64,000 nucleotides of DNA from assembly GCA_051362555.1 (NCBI GenBank), contig CM120642.1, positions 13,826,001 to 13,890,000 on the forward strand, given 5' to 3'. Shown one piece after another: positions 38,801 through 50,300 of the stretch. The notes under the pieces are model-generated. The model was not told the origin of the DNA, made no database searches, and saw nothing but the letters and a program-made list of their open reading frames with translations. The first letter of the stretch is position 1, and each line of letters begins with the position of its first letter. Source of the stretch: Lingula anatina (taxonomy: Eukaryota; Animalia; Brachiopoda). The translations under genes and the position numbers were made by a program.

Positions 38801-41800
38801 GTTGTTCAATATATTTAATATGATCATAACTTTTAACTGTTTACAGGAAGGGGAGTATTTCAGTGACCAGAGTGATTCAGTATGTATCAGCATGGTCAAG
38901 ACTGCCCATGTGTTCTAACTGTCAATATTATCATTATTATCAATGTTATTTATTGAATGTATCTTACTTTGGTATGCTGTTATAATGCAATAACCCAGTG
39001 TTTGTGAACCAGTTGTTTTGAAGACCTCATAAATTTAAATCAGGTATAAATTAGCTTGCCAAAAGTTAAACCTAATATGAGAGGCTGCTTCAGCTTACTA
39101 ATAGTTTAGAACTGATTTTATGAATGTTTGCCATAGAAAAAGTGCCATAATTGTTTTAAAGCATCAGATCATATAGAAGGAGCACAACAGTATGGAACAT
39201 AGTAATTGATAATAACTCTTTATATTGAATATCATGAAAATTCAGGAATGTTTTGTGTGTCAAGTTGAACAGTAATTGTTGTTTAAAGAACTTGTAATTT
39301 TGCTTTAAATTTACAAAATGAGGGCATGCCTAGACAGCACCACCTTGTGTTTTGTTTTCAGTGATTTGGAACTACCCTGTATAAGTATTAGTAATATGTG
39401 AGCTAAACCTGCCTTCGGTTAATTTTTAAGTGAACCGTGGTGTTAGCTGTTGTTGTTCAGTAAGAGGTGTTCACTAAGGAGAAGGTTCTGAAAGTTCCCT
39501 TCTAATATCAAATATTAAACAAAACTGTACTGATCCATTTTGTCTTAATATTTTGTTTGATTTTGTGTAACATGACCACCTGCCTACCTTTTGCTTTTAC
39601 TCAAATTTACCATCTTATCCTGACCATCACACCTTTTTAACCATGATATAAACAAGGCTTTACCTAATAGATTTTTGAAAATAAAGAAAATTACTATGCA
39701 TATATCATAATATTTTTGTAATTGGTGATGAAGTTATATAACCATATTCTGTGTGATATGCTTTCAGACTCTCATTAGGGTAACTGCTTGAATTGGCTAG
39801 ATTTCCAGTGGGATAGCTTTACAGTGAACAGTGAAAGCACAATTTTGTTGTCCTTGAAACACTTGCTTCTGTTGTAGTCCAGCAATATCATGAAAATATA
39901 TATGAACGTAGCTTTAAATAGATTGTTAACTGGACCAAATGGAAAATTAGATTTTGCTGTGTTAGAATTTGCAAACTGGCACCCAAATTTAAGATGTTAC
40001 AAACAAATGATCCCATTTATGTATAGTATTGCTGGTCTATTGTAACACTTTTTTTTTTACAGAGCATGAAAATGGTTGCCCATTCCCTTGTTTTTATTTC
40101 AACCTACTGTATCAAAGTGTATGTAAATTAATTTTTTCCAGGATAGGGCATTAACAGTTATTGATTGATTTCAGTATATAAGTTGAAATTATGAGAATCA
40201 GTATGCAATGTTTTCCAGCACATGATTTGGATCTATAGCCTAACATTGTTACTCAGAATTCAACGTAATTATGTACACAATTTTTTTTCAGTGAATGCTC
40301 ACAGTATTTTTCATCTTTATATTTTTTGATTCAGACATAAGAATAAATCAAACACAAGCAATCTTTTATAACAACTTACAAGATCCCACCACCAGTTTCA
40401 TGTCTCACCTCATGAACCTTATGTTCTATGCATGACAAATCAAACATCAGATACTAATATCAGAACTTGCCCTGACCACATGTTAACCAGCTCTGTCTGA
40501 TGTTTCAGAGCATGGAGATAAGTGACCACACCTACTCTAGTCAAGAGCTGATGCCCCTGCAGAGTATGTATAATGGACCACGCATAGAGGTGGATGAGGT
40601 ACTTATTACTTTAAGTTACATCTCTGACAGGGGCTTGTATAAAATGATGTTGTTCAGAAATGAAATCCACCATAACAACACAGAGTAACTTTTTTTTGCA
40701 TTAGTGTAGCACAGAAATCTTGTACAGTTGCCATATGTAGCACATAGGAGTCTTATACCACATCTAACCCATGATGTTGAAAGCTTTTGATTTTCTGAAG
40801 TCTAAGAAGGCTATAATCTTTTTTGCTTCTAAAAATCATAAAGTTCTTTAAGTTGCTAGCCTTTTCTGCTTTTATGCAAGCTCCTTCCAAATTTGTTTTC
40901 CTGCCATTAGTCTAGAAATCAGACAAGATAAAATAAATTCTGCTTTAGAAATGTATATATAGAACATTTCTATTGACATGTACATTTGTCATGTCTGATG
41001 TCTAGTCTTGGGTCTAATGTTTTATTCTTGATCAGTTAGTTCAATAATACTACTTGCTAATATATTGTCTGCATTTATTTCCAAAGACTTAGTGATATGA
41101 TGCTGAATCTTGACTATTCTGTACCTTTTCTAAAGCCAAGATCTCTTTGAAGTGATCCTAGGAATTTCCAGTTGGAACTTGTTTGAAAATGAAGTAGATG
41201 TTTTTTTTTTTTTTTTTTTTTTTTTTTGCAGTTGGCCTGCTGTGGTTGTTATGTCTCTAAATATGAGTAAATAAATTCTTTGTTTCAGAGGCATCTGTGT
41301 TACTCTAGTCTTCTGACAGATAGTTTTATTTGTAAAAAACATTAATTGATGCATTGCGATGTATTTACTGAGTGACAAAAATTGAAAATATACAAAAGAT
41401 ACCAATGACTGTGTGCAGTGGTTGAAACTATTTAACATGATTCTTTCCTTTTTTTTTTGTATTTTGTATTGGACATACTGTGAAGTGATCATTGGTATCA
41501 AGAACTTAATATCATGTTATTTTTGAAGGATTATTCATATTAAACTATTATTGCTCACAGTTTTGTAAGTGATTATCAAAATTGAACAGAAGCTGACTGA
41601 TAAGAGTAATTTGGATAAGACACATGATGCAAGCTCCTAGATAGGATGCAGTATTATATATGATGAGAATTAGATCTGTTAATTTTATTTTTAAGACCAG
41701 GTCTTATGCGTAACTAAATCAGTTGTTCAGAATTTAAGTATAATTTCATAAAGTATCACGTTATTTGATATAGTACTAACCAAGAAATGTAGTAATTGAA

Positions 41801-43483
41801 ATTGAATTGGTAAAGTGTTTAATGCCAGCAATACTAATTTTATCAAATATTCATATTTCAGCCCTCAACAGACGCTTCAAGAAATGACCTCTCTCTGGCC
41901 TTGACACCTGGCTACTATGGAGATCGCTCTGGTCTTCCTTCACCACAACAGTCACCCAGATCTCCAAGGTCACCAGGAGGGTCACGCTTTGGAAATAGGT
42001 CAAGGTCACCATCCCCTCGTAGAGAAATTGGGTTTTCTGGTGCTGTAACAGATATCTGTGATGCTGCACATACTATTAAAGAACATGACAGATTGAACAG
42101 AATGAGAATTAAGCCGGGTAAGGACTGACTGGTGAATTACTGGTAGCACCTGCAAAGTGAATGTTATTTGCTTGGTCATTGACAATTAATGTGAAAATTA
42201 AGTACATCCAAATGATCTACATGCCCTGTGATCTATAATTTTGAGATATATAGTTGCCTCTTTAAATTTACGTAAATCCCATTTATTTTAATTATTAAAT
42301 GCTCTGTTTTAGATGTACTATTTGGTTTACTGTTTTTTTCCTACAAGTGTTTATTAATAGTTTTCTCTTCAAAAAAAAAAAAACATTGGAAGCCTTATCA
42401 GTGACCGTACAATTCCCTTTTCTAGACTCACCTCAACTTCGAGGTCGTAGTCGCAGTCGCAGCAGACCTCCCTTACAGCAGCAGAGACCAGTAATGGGCT
42501 CGCCAGCAGCAAGCCCAGTGGGGAGCAGAGCCAGCAGCCCAGCCAGCAGTTCACGCCAAAATCTCTACAGAACAACCTCATTAGAGACAAGGTCACGTAG
42601 CCCGTCTCCATCGGGCACAGCAACATCCACTCCTCAGCATGAATATTACGGGCGTGTGAACCTGACTGACAGGTCTCGTAGCCCTAGCCCTGCTACAGCC
42701 AGGAGGAATCGCAGACTGCCCCACACACCACCGAGTAAACCCATGACCTTGCCCCTGGGGCAAATGATGGACCAACCTGGTGATGTGTATTCTGGCAACC
42801 TGCCAAGGGTAGTCCCCTCTCCTACTGTTCCCAAAGCTAGTCCTAGTAATATTAATTTCCCCAAGTTACAGCCATCACCCACTCGGCTGACCAAACTTGA
42901 TCAGCCTCCTTCACCGCATTCTAGGCGCTCTAGTGCAAGATCACAGACACCATCCCCTCCAGTGCGAGATAGACGCTACATGGATAAAAATAATCTAAAC
43001 CGACAAGCCAGTCTAGAACGCAGGCTTGATAGAGGGAGACTGTATGATGAGCCCCCTCAATACACAGACATAGTAGATGGTAGGACTTATGGATCTCAAC
43101 AAGGACCTCCATTTAGGGGGAGAATCTTAAACAATGGACAAAGAGATCCTTATTACAGTGATCGAGAAAAAGATTATGACCAGGACTCAGATGTGTCTGG
43201 TAAATACGAGCGGCGAGGACAGAGCATGCCCCGTTCTGCAAGTAATATTCCGGTTGGTCGACCTCCCCGTCAAACTAGCAACATACCACGTTCCTCTAGC
43301 AGTTTATCAAGGGGTGCAACACACATACCCCCAGTTGCCTCCAGACATGGCACTTCACAGCATGGACAGACATTACCAAGTATTCCAAATGGCTTTAAAC
43401 CAGGTCAAGGTCATAATGTAGGTCAAGGCCGCGTGACATTGCAGCGCAGTGACTCAGAGGAAGATGATGATGATTGGTGCTAG
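3305..43483 (+). CDS. cac: Voltage-gated calcium channel Cav2 alpha-1 subunit (cacophony / CACNA1A-B-E co-ortholog), 5'-partial multi-exon gene
   Basis: Core exons with continuous frame and GT-AG ends: 3305-3384, 3499-3601 ([13 protein letters not shown]), 3781-3970 (IIIS1-S2), 4330-4436 (IIIS3), 7639-7747 (IIIS4 [13 protein letters not shown]), 7975-8135, 8413-8568 (pore TGEGW), 8863-9064 (IIIS6), 9487-9651 (IVS1), [IVS2 alternatives], [IVS3 alternatives], [IVS4 alternatives], 22714-22779, 23095-23186, 23828-23981 (pore TGEAW), 24200-24327, 24564-24660 (EF-hand, 97 nt), 25416-25521, 28019-28129, 28449-28558 (IQ-like [12 protein letters not shown]), 33586-33689, 37837-37942, 40509-40598, 41862-42117, 42426-43483. 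The C-terminal DDWC is characteristic of Cav2. Confidence 0.96.
3781..3970 (+). CDS. cac: Cav2 exon, domain III S1-S2
   Basis: [34 protein letters not shown]...EMILK; ttcag acceptor, gtttgt donor. Confidence 0.95.
5061..5227. mobile_element. MITE-like non-autonomous DNA transposon, copy 1
   Basis: TIR CAGGGGCGGAT...ATCCGCCCCTG; flanked on both sides by AACAG (5-bp TSD); homologous to 48308-48434. Confidence 0.85.
5671..5703 (+). CDS. cac: Candidate 33-nt cassette microexon in the Cav2 domain III S3-S4 linker ([12 protein letters not shown])
   Basis: aag|...|gtaaga; 33 nt; phase 2-2 matching flanking exons 4330-4436 and 7639-7747; no stop; pyrimidine-rich upstream region with TTCACTAA branch-like motif. 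Confidence 0.6.
6247..6304. repeat. (GA)n microsatellite, interrupted
   Basis: Direct reading. Confidence 0.85.
7639..7747 (+). CDS. cac: Cav2 exon, domain III S4 voltage sensor
   Basis: [29 protein letters not shown]; cag/gtaagt. Confidence 0.95.
8413..8568 (+). CDS. cac: Cav2 exon, domain III pore loop
   Basis: ...[21 protein letters not shown]; selectivity-filter glutamate present. Confidence 0.95.
8863..9064 (+). CDS. cac: Cav2 exon, domain III S6 and start of III-IV linker
   Basis: [30 protein letters not shown]...LDKNQ. Confidence 0.95.
9487..9651 (+). CDS. cac: Cav2 exon, III-IV linker and domain IV S1
   Basis: [18 protein letters not shown]...[19 protein letters not shown]; ends phase 0. 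Confidence 0.95.
10180..10290 (+). CDS. cac: Cav2 alternative exon IVS2-a (S1-S2 loop + S2)
   Basis: 111 nt, phase 0-0: [37 protein letters not shown]; cag/gtaaaa. Confidence 0.9.
11155..11289 (+). CDS. cac: Cav2 alternative exon IVS2-b (S1-S2 loop + S2)
   Basis: 135 nt, phase 0-0, absent from the ORF track: [45 protein letters not shown]; tag/gtttga. Confidence 0.85.
12913..13041 (+). CDS. cac: Cav2 alternative exon IVS2-c (S1-S2 loop + S2)
   Basis: 129 nt, phase 0-0: [43 protein letters not shown]; cag/gtttgg. Confidence 0.88.
15399..15491 (+). CDS. cac: Cav2 alternative exon IVS3-a
   Basis: 93 nt, phase 0-0: [31 protein letters not shown]; cag/gtaagt. Confidence 0.88.
15779..15865 (+). 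CDS. cac: Cav2 alternative exon IVS3-b
   Basis: 87 nt, phase 0-0: [29 protein letters not shown]; cag/gtaagt. Confidence 0.92.
21763..21882 (+). CDS. cac: Cav2 alternative exon IVS4-a (divergent voltage sensor + S4-S5 linker)
   Basis: 120 nt, phase 0-0: [40 protein letters not shown]; tag/gtaatc. Confidence 0.88.
22252..22371 (+). CDS. cac: Cav2 alternative exon IVS4-b (canonical voltage sensor + S4-S5 linker)
   Basis: 120 nt, phase 0-0: [40 protein letters not shown]; cag/gtaaat. Confidence 0.93.
23828..23981 (+). CDS. cac: Cav2 exon, domain IV pore loop and S6
   Basis: [14 protein letters not shown]...[14 protein letters not shown]. Confidence 0.95.
24564..24660 (+). CDS. cac: Cav2 EF-hand exon (equivalent of vertebrate exon 37)
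   Basis: 97 nt: [32 protein letters not shown]. Confidence 0.93.
25681..26778 (+). repeat. Intronic ~70-bp imperfect direct repeat (25681-25750 and 26706-26778)
   Basis: ATGGTGGAAACA...ATGGAAGCCATTTTT...TCCTGGCTTTTTCTCACAT.TTACAGTAATTGT occurs twice. Confidence 0.8.
28449..28558 (+). CDS. cac: Cav2 IQ-like calmodulin-binding exon
   Basis: [19 protein letters not shown]; ends phase 0. Confidence 0.93.
29077..29112 (+). CDS. cac: Candidate 36-nt cassette exon in Cav2 C-terminal tail ([12 protein letters not shown])
   Basis: tag/gtagtt; phase 0-0 matching flanks; upstream pyrimidine tract with TGC, and ACTAAC further upstream. Confidence 0.5.
29678..29710 (+). CDS. cac: Candidate 33-nt cassette exon in Cav2 C-terminal tail ([11 protein letters not shown])
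   Basis: Strong C/T tract, gcag acceptor, gttagt donor; phase 0-0. Confidence 0.65.
31783..32035. repeat. Degenerate ~29-bp tandem repeat (minisatellite)
   Basis: Units resembling GCTAGGTGTGTGCATTATTAATGTTTTAA, about 8 copies, decaying toward the 3' end. Confidence 0.6.
32808..32847. repeat. Poly-T run
   Basis: Direct reading. Confidence 0.9.
33586..33689 (+). CDS. cac: Cav2 C-terminal tail exon ([14 protein letters not shown]...)
   Basis: ccag/gtactg; phase 0 to phase 2; frame continues into 37837-37942. Confidence 0.75.
34812..34877 (+). CDS. cac: Candidate 66-nt cassette exon in Cav2 C-terminal tail ([21 protein letters not shown])
   Basis: Long pyrimidine tract, tag/gtgagg; phase 2-2 matching flanks. 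Confidence 0.7.
37837..37942 (+). CDS. cac: Cav2 C-terminal tail exon ([30 protein letters not shown]...)
   Basis: cag/gtaaga; phase 2 to phase 0. Confidence 0.8.
38847..38879 (+). CDS. cac: Candidate 33-nt cassette exon in Cav2 C-terminal tail ([11 protein letters not shown])
   Basis: acag/gtatgt; phase 0-0. Confidence 0.55.
40509..40598 (+). CDS. cac: Cav2 C-terminal tail exon, possibly cassette ([30 protein letters not shown])
   Basis: 90 nt, cag/gtactt; phase 0-0. Confidence 0.65.
41862..42117 (+). CDS. cac: Cav2 penultimate exon (Ser/Pro/Arg-rich)
   Basis: cag/gtaagg; ...[21 protein letters not shown]...; phase 0 to phase 1. Confidence 0.85.
42426..43483 (+). CDS. cac: Cav2 terminal coding exon with PxxP motif and DDWC PDZ ligand
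   Basis: Long open frame, RRLPHTPP motif, ends [11 protein letters not shown]-stop. Confidence 0.92.
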
Positions 43484-44750
43484 CATATCCCATGATTCCT
43501 TTTTCATGCAAATCTGATATTGATTGGAATTATTTTGACAAGAAATGATACAATTCTAGAGTACAATTTTGGTTGACATAGCCTTCAATTGAAACTTCAG
43601 TTGACAAAATCAAATACATTGATTTTCAAGGCCTGTCATATGGATTTTGATTTTTTTAAGAGCCTTTAGGTGCAAACAATTTCAGTTGATTGGAATTGTT
43701 AGTTAATGTTTGGTGGAGATATCTGTATAAAAAAACAATTTTTTAAACTTGAATTCAATAACAAGTGAAAAATATTTTTACTTCAAAATGTAATATAGAC
43801 CCAGATGTTAGTTAGATCTTTCAGTGATAGTGTTTCATACATAAGTGTAATGTATAATGAGATAGATGTTGCAAGTATTGTTGTCCAGACAGCATTTAAT
43901 GAATATTCCATGTTGTAGTGATGATAGAGATGCTTAAAACAATTCAGTTAGAATTCTGATAATTGTATAAGCAAGTGTAGGAATAATTCATATTTCAAAA
44001 AAATAGATATTATACATCTTGTGGCCTGTTAACTTAGGCAGTTAAAGTTTAAGACATTGTCAAAATATAATTTCGTTGAACAAAATGAGAAGGCAGTGGA
44101 ATAACTGAGAGTAGTTGGCATATTTTAATAAGTTGCCATCTTGTACATGCTTGTAATATTTAACTTAAATGTATTATCTTTCTTGTTCTGTGATTGGCCA
44201 GTTTATAATTGGCTCATTGTGTCCGTTATAAAGCCATTGCTGCCACTATTTGGCAGTAAAAGCATTCACAGTATTTAAAGATCTAAGTCTGTTCAGCTAA
44301 AGTGATTTTGTCTTTTGGTATATTTATTACATGAACAGAATGTTGGTCAGCATGTTTAGTTTGTGATAACAATGCAGTGAGAGCCAGCATGAGAGCTTTT
44401 TTCTCTCTTTTTATCTGGTTACGACCTGAATTTAGCCAACAACTGAAAATAATGTGTATTTCCCTAGTTGAGCTTAGCTACATTCTAGAAAAGGATATTT
44501 CAGAAAAACAGTAAAATATTTCATGTGTGGTTTGCTAAAATTTTAGCTTCTGTGCTTCTCTCTGGCAAAGGTCCATATCCTTGTCTATAGTTTCTATTTC
44601 ATTCTACATATTTCATGTGGAATTTATTTTGTTTTACAGTAGATAAAGAAATATTATGTACAGAAACCACATTTTCAAATTGAAATGTGGTATTAAAATT
44701 CTCTCAAATATATTTTACATTAAATGACTACATATTTTTATTGTATTATT

Positions 44751-44756
44751 AATAAA
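44751..44756 (+). terminator. Candidate polyadenylation signal for Cav2
   Basis: AATAAA about 1.27 kb after the stop codon, followed by a T/GT-rich stretch; weak evidence in AT-rich DNA. Confidence 0.35.
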
Positions 44757-47325
44757 AAGTGATACTTTGTGCTATAATTTATACAACTCTGCAGCCAAAG
44801 TGAAAGGCCAGGGTTCAACTCAGTTTTCATGTTTTCTATTTTATCAGATATATCTTGATCCCTTTATACATTACACATTCAAACAGAATTTTTTTCACAT
44901 AAGTATATTAAGGAGTTTTGCAGACACAGCTTTAAAATTGTACTCCTATCCAAACCTTTTGGTGGAATGAAGAGCTCCTTCCTATCAAGAAGACATCAAA
45001 AAGCATACGTAGCTTCCTGTTTTAGGTGCAAATACTGCATTCTCTGGCTTCTTTGGAAGGGGGCACAGTATTTAGATTTGCTGTTTCTTTTGAATAAATT
45101 AAAGGTACAAGCAGTCAAAAATTGATTTGATATCAGAAAATTAAACTGCATGCTCCAGCACTCAAAATAATTTTTTTTAGCCATCATTATTCAATTGTGC
45201 TTTCATGTGAACTACTAGGTCACCTGTACTTAAAAATCTGTACATTTACTACATTGATTTTTTTAAATTTGGGTGAATGGGCCACTTCTTTCTGCACATC
45301 TTACTTTGCTTTGCCTTGAATGAAGGATAGATGGCACCAGTTGCTCTCTGAAGCTCTGCAGTAGCAGAATCTGATATACTTTGTGCTTGCACCAATATTG
45401 CACAAGTTATTCATAATATTATTAATAATCAAATTTGATGATGCTTCAAAATGTGGCAACATTTTCTATGCAAACATTCAGTGGAGAGATGTTTTGTACG
45501 TGTTAATGTGCATGGATTGAAATGCTCCTTTGTATGTATATATACAAATAATTCCATTTCATTCATTCATTCATTAAAATATCAATTGCAAGAAATGTTA
45601 TGTCTTCTTTTTTTGTGAATCCATGGTCATATTTGCTTAATCATAAGTAGGAATGCAATTTTATCTAGACTACTTAAAGGGAGATTTGCAATTGAATTTG
45701 CACTAAATGACTTACCTCTAACATTTTAAAAACATAATAACTAAAATGAACTTTCAAAAAACAAAAAAGGGATTTACTTGACATTTAACCTGGAAGATAA
45801 AAGTTGGAAGAAGACCCTCAATTTTTGGCAATAGATGACTCACATTTATAATATGGTTTTCCAAAGGAATCTTCATATATAAATTTTCAAATATGAATGG
45901 ATGGGAGTAAGTAGATATTGGTTAAATAGAAATGTATGTCTTAATTTGATCACCTTTTTAAACAGAACGTTGTGCTCCTATAATATGAATTGAATTTCAG
46001 AATATACTTGTGATTTGGTGAAATAGACGTAACGTAAGGGGGAAACAAGCATCTTTTCCTTTTAAAAGTATTTTATTAGGAATTCATTCACTTACAATTT
46101 TGTAACTGATCTTTTCTAGTTACATCTGGCAAAGTGACAAAAATCAGGAGTCTATACAATTCTTTACAGACTAAAAAAAAGTATGCTTAGAAACTAGCAC
46201 ATCATAATCTTTACAACTTGTGTCCCTTATAAATAACATTGCCCTTATGTTCCAGAAAGCACCACATGTTCAGCACCTTGGATTACATTGGCTTTAGCAG
46301 AACCTGCATATAAAAATATTCACACAAAATGGAAGAGGAAAGTGCAAGGGACCTTACCACACCTCAATCCAATAATTATACTGTGAATAATTACAAAATT
46401 TACATTTATAAATTAAAAGATTAAAACATGACTGATACCTTATAATTGGCCCCTCTTCATTCCTGTTCAACTTTTTAAAAAATTCAGGAGTCATTTTCTG
46501 TTGGGACCATACGTTTATTACCGACCAGACTCTTCTTAACCCAGTATATCCTCTTTACTTACTTCCAGCAATGAGGGGTAATAAGGCAATCATGGTACTT
46601 GCCACAAATGCAAGTTTTTACAGCAGAAGTTAAAACTTGGGGTGGTGAGAGGTTGGGGCTGCAGAATTTGATACCTCCAACTTACATATACGACAGTTTA
46701 CTAGAATCAAAGTCTCTAACTTGTTCATACCTAATCCTAATAGCCAAACAAATTTTGTTGAGTCAAACACTTGCAACTGTATAAAACTACATGAGGGGGG
46801 TCTTTTTGCACTTCTTAGACAATTACCATGAGTTTTGGAGACTAAAGTGGACCACACCTCTATTCAGAATATAAACAAGACGGAAATTCCTATAACCCTG
46901 AACAAAATTATGTTTGGGATATTTCTTACACTAAAATATCTTAAACACTACAAAGGAATTTTTCCAAATAAAAAGAGGACCCCCCATCCCCCAGAGAAGA
47001 ACGGAAAATTCCAATGCATACCTATTCTTTGACCGATGATACTTGCTGTAAAGGTACAAGTGAACTGGCCGAGTCTCAGGGTTTGCTCCAAAATGACTAG
47101 CTTTTTCAGTAATATCATATCTACTCCTATCTCACAAACCATGTCAAATCCCAAGACAGCATTATTTTTTCAACATTTGCTGAAACTGAATAACTACGCA
47201 TATGCATTCCAATGCATTTATGCGCATTCCAATGCATTTATGCATATTGCATTACATTAGTTAATAATGGGCTCAATAATTTTTTTAACTCAAGACCTAT
47301 AACTAGGCAACTTTGACTTAACATA

Positions 47326-50300
47326 TCATGGACTGTACCAATGTGAATGAGAATATGGCAGGCGCTTGCTCTTGTTTAATTTGCGTTGCTTCATCGCCAT
47401 GTATTCCTTGCGTACCAGGCTTGAGCGTAATTCCAGGATTGTGTTTATGTGCTGAATTATTTCATTGGCTTTGGCAGATTCTGCCTCGAAATCATGATGT
47501 TTTTGGTCCAAATTGCTCTTGTAGATCAAACGGAATGTAGACTTGCCTGAAACATTGAATTTGTTCATAATGTTCAGAATGGGATGTCTCTGAAGTATTA
47601 AACAATATAACATATGTTATCTACCAGCAACAAAATAGTATTGAAAATGATGAAACATTGATGCAAAGGCAAAAAACAAAGTATCAGAGTTATGCCTCAA
47701 GTTATAAACAACATTCACAAAGACTGTGTTAAGATAACACAGAGAAAATATTAATGCTACATTTAATTTGTTTCAACCACAGAATTTTTCCATGATATAA
47801 ATCTAAAAAATAGGAAAAACTGTCACTATGTTCTATCCTCATAAAACAAGCCACATGAATTCATTGCACAGTTAAACAATTGTGCAGGTTTACCCTCTGA
47901 CTCATGGTACAATGCTTGCTGACACATGAACGTTCTGAAAAAAATTAACCTTCAACACCACTGTTTAATCCCTTTCCCTTACTTTCCTTTATCCATTTTA
48001 TAAATGTAAAACCTTTTAAAAAAATTGTTTTCTCACCAGTGGACTTTTCCTCAATCAGTTCACAAGCAGCCACATCTTCTATGTTATAATTTGATGGTTT
48101 CTGTTTCTGAAACAGAGTCCTGGTAGAAGCCTTGCTGCTAACTGGATCAATCTCAATCTTGTCTCCAGATATACCTGGTGAATAATCCATTTAGTATGAA
48201 ATAACTTTAAGTTTAAAATGCCCTATTGTACATCTACATAACCATGAAAAATACAAACATTGACTTCTATTTCTAGAACCTTTTGCTTCATTTAATTAAG
48301 TAACAAACAGGGGCGAATTCAGGGGTATCTACTGACAGTCTTCCAAATTATCTTTGTTGATTCATCCTCCAATTCAAACTTGAAAATCTGACCGTCTTCC
48401 GGAAGACCCAGAAGACGGCCTAAATCCGCCCTTGACAAAATTAAATTCACTTTGCATTCTTTGAAAAAATAATGTTAACAAAAGATCCTATTTTCTTCCT
48501 CATGTATGTAATGTAATAAAACAATTCCATCTACAGAAATCTTCTTATGATTTGCACAACCTCACACAGTGTATATCTGCAAACCAATTATCACGCCAAA
48601 AATGTGCCTATCTATGTACTACACACAACTACATTATAACTGTACCTAGGTGTACTTCTGTATTTCTCCCCAATTTGAGAGCCATGCTGACTCTATAGGA
48701 CTTATACTGGTGGCTGGTGAGAGAGAACACGGCAGATGACGCATCAGCCGGAGCAGACAGCATGTGCTGGTCACCTCGGGCACCTGGAAGTCACAGGACA
48801 AGTATTATCACTGATATAATTTGTCAGTCACAACATCATGGGATATTTCAAAAGGTTGTTAAGGAACTTATCTTTATACAGATAATTTGCTCATAGCACT
48901 AAAGCCATTATGACGAATATGTTGTTGTTGTTTTTCCAAGATATCATCAACAGAGATAATTCTAATTTACTCAATTTATTTTTCTATTAAATTGTTCATG
49001 ATTTCAAGGTTTCATATTTAATAACATTTAGTGATGACAATCACTTACTTTAGAACATAAAATATTTGAGAAATGGCTATGCTTGGCTTTATTTTTACCT
49101 ATTTCATTATTACTGGACACATGTACACACTGTCATGACTATAAAATAAAATATCTGAAAGAATCAACTCAACTGATAATTGAAAAACTGAAAATTAAAT
49201 GCAAAATTTACAATTCTGAACACTGTTAACTTACTGTGTTCCCTAACCAAACAAAACTCCAATGTCTCCATTGCACTAAGTGGACTGTCCAGGTCTATAG
49301 CAACCCCTGGTTCATTCTGCTTCTCCAGTAAGTATGAAAGACCTGTATGTATGCACAGTAAAAAAAATCTTTGCAAATTAAAAAATAATGTTTTTTTTCT
49401 TTAAAAAAATGAAGTAATATGTTTGTTACATGACACATTCAAGTCATATAGGGGCTACTGACAAAATATTTTTAACATGGCTATAAAATTCAATTCACCT
49501 TGATATAAAACTTGAGTTTGAATGCAATTTAAAAAATAATAAGCCCATAATAATAATTTAAAGGAATAAGCCCATCCTAACTAATTTCTATCCTTCATCT
49601 CCTTTTACCTTTGGTATTTATCTTTCTCTTTTGCAGCACTTTTTCAAGTATTTCCTTCATTAAAATGGATTCTGACTCCACCTGAATCTTATTGAAACCT
49701 TTGGATGGCAAGTAGCTTAAATAAAATAAAATAAAAAGAAAATTTAGAAATAACATCCTATCCACTTTGACTTTGTCTTTAATGAGATGAGTAGAATTAA
49801 ACACCAATGCAACTTATGTAATTTCATATTTCAAGAATACCAATTATTCATATTTTTACAAATATTTGGGGGGTGTAACCATTTGGTTATAAACTAAAAA
49901 ATCACCCAAAACTGCAGGTAACTTACATAGTAACTACAGGTGCAGCTTTGTTAATTTTGGCAACAGCTTTCTCCTGGACCAGAGCAAGCTTAGAGAACCC
50001 AAACTTGGAGATAGGCTCCCTGATATCAAGACTTGGAAAATCATAATCCACTTCCCCATCATCTTCTGCCATATAAAGACTATACAATTCCAGGTTTTTG
50101 CTGGAAAGAAAGAGACATTTTAATTAAAGGGAATTTCAAAAAAACAAGATCAGCAGAAATGCCACTCAACAAATAAGTTTAGGTAATACTATATAACCTA
50201 CACATGTGTAGTTCTGTTTACTTATCCAAACTTTGAACCTAAACTTATATTTTATGATATATGTGTTTATGTTGAATTTAAAGGTATGTGTTACACTATG

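Noticed and set aside
42369-43421. Antisense and alternate-frame ORFs over the last Cav2 exon
   Set aside because: Shadows of the GC-richer real coding exon; no independent protein signature.
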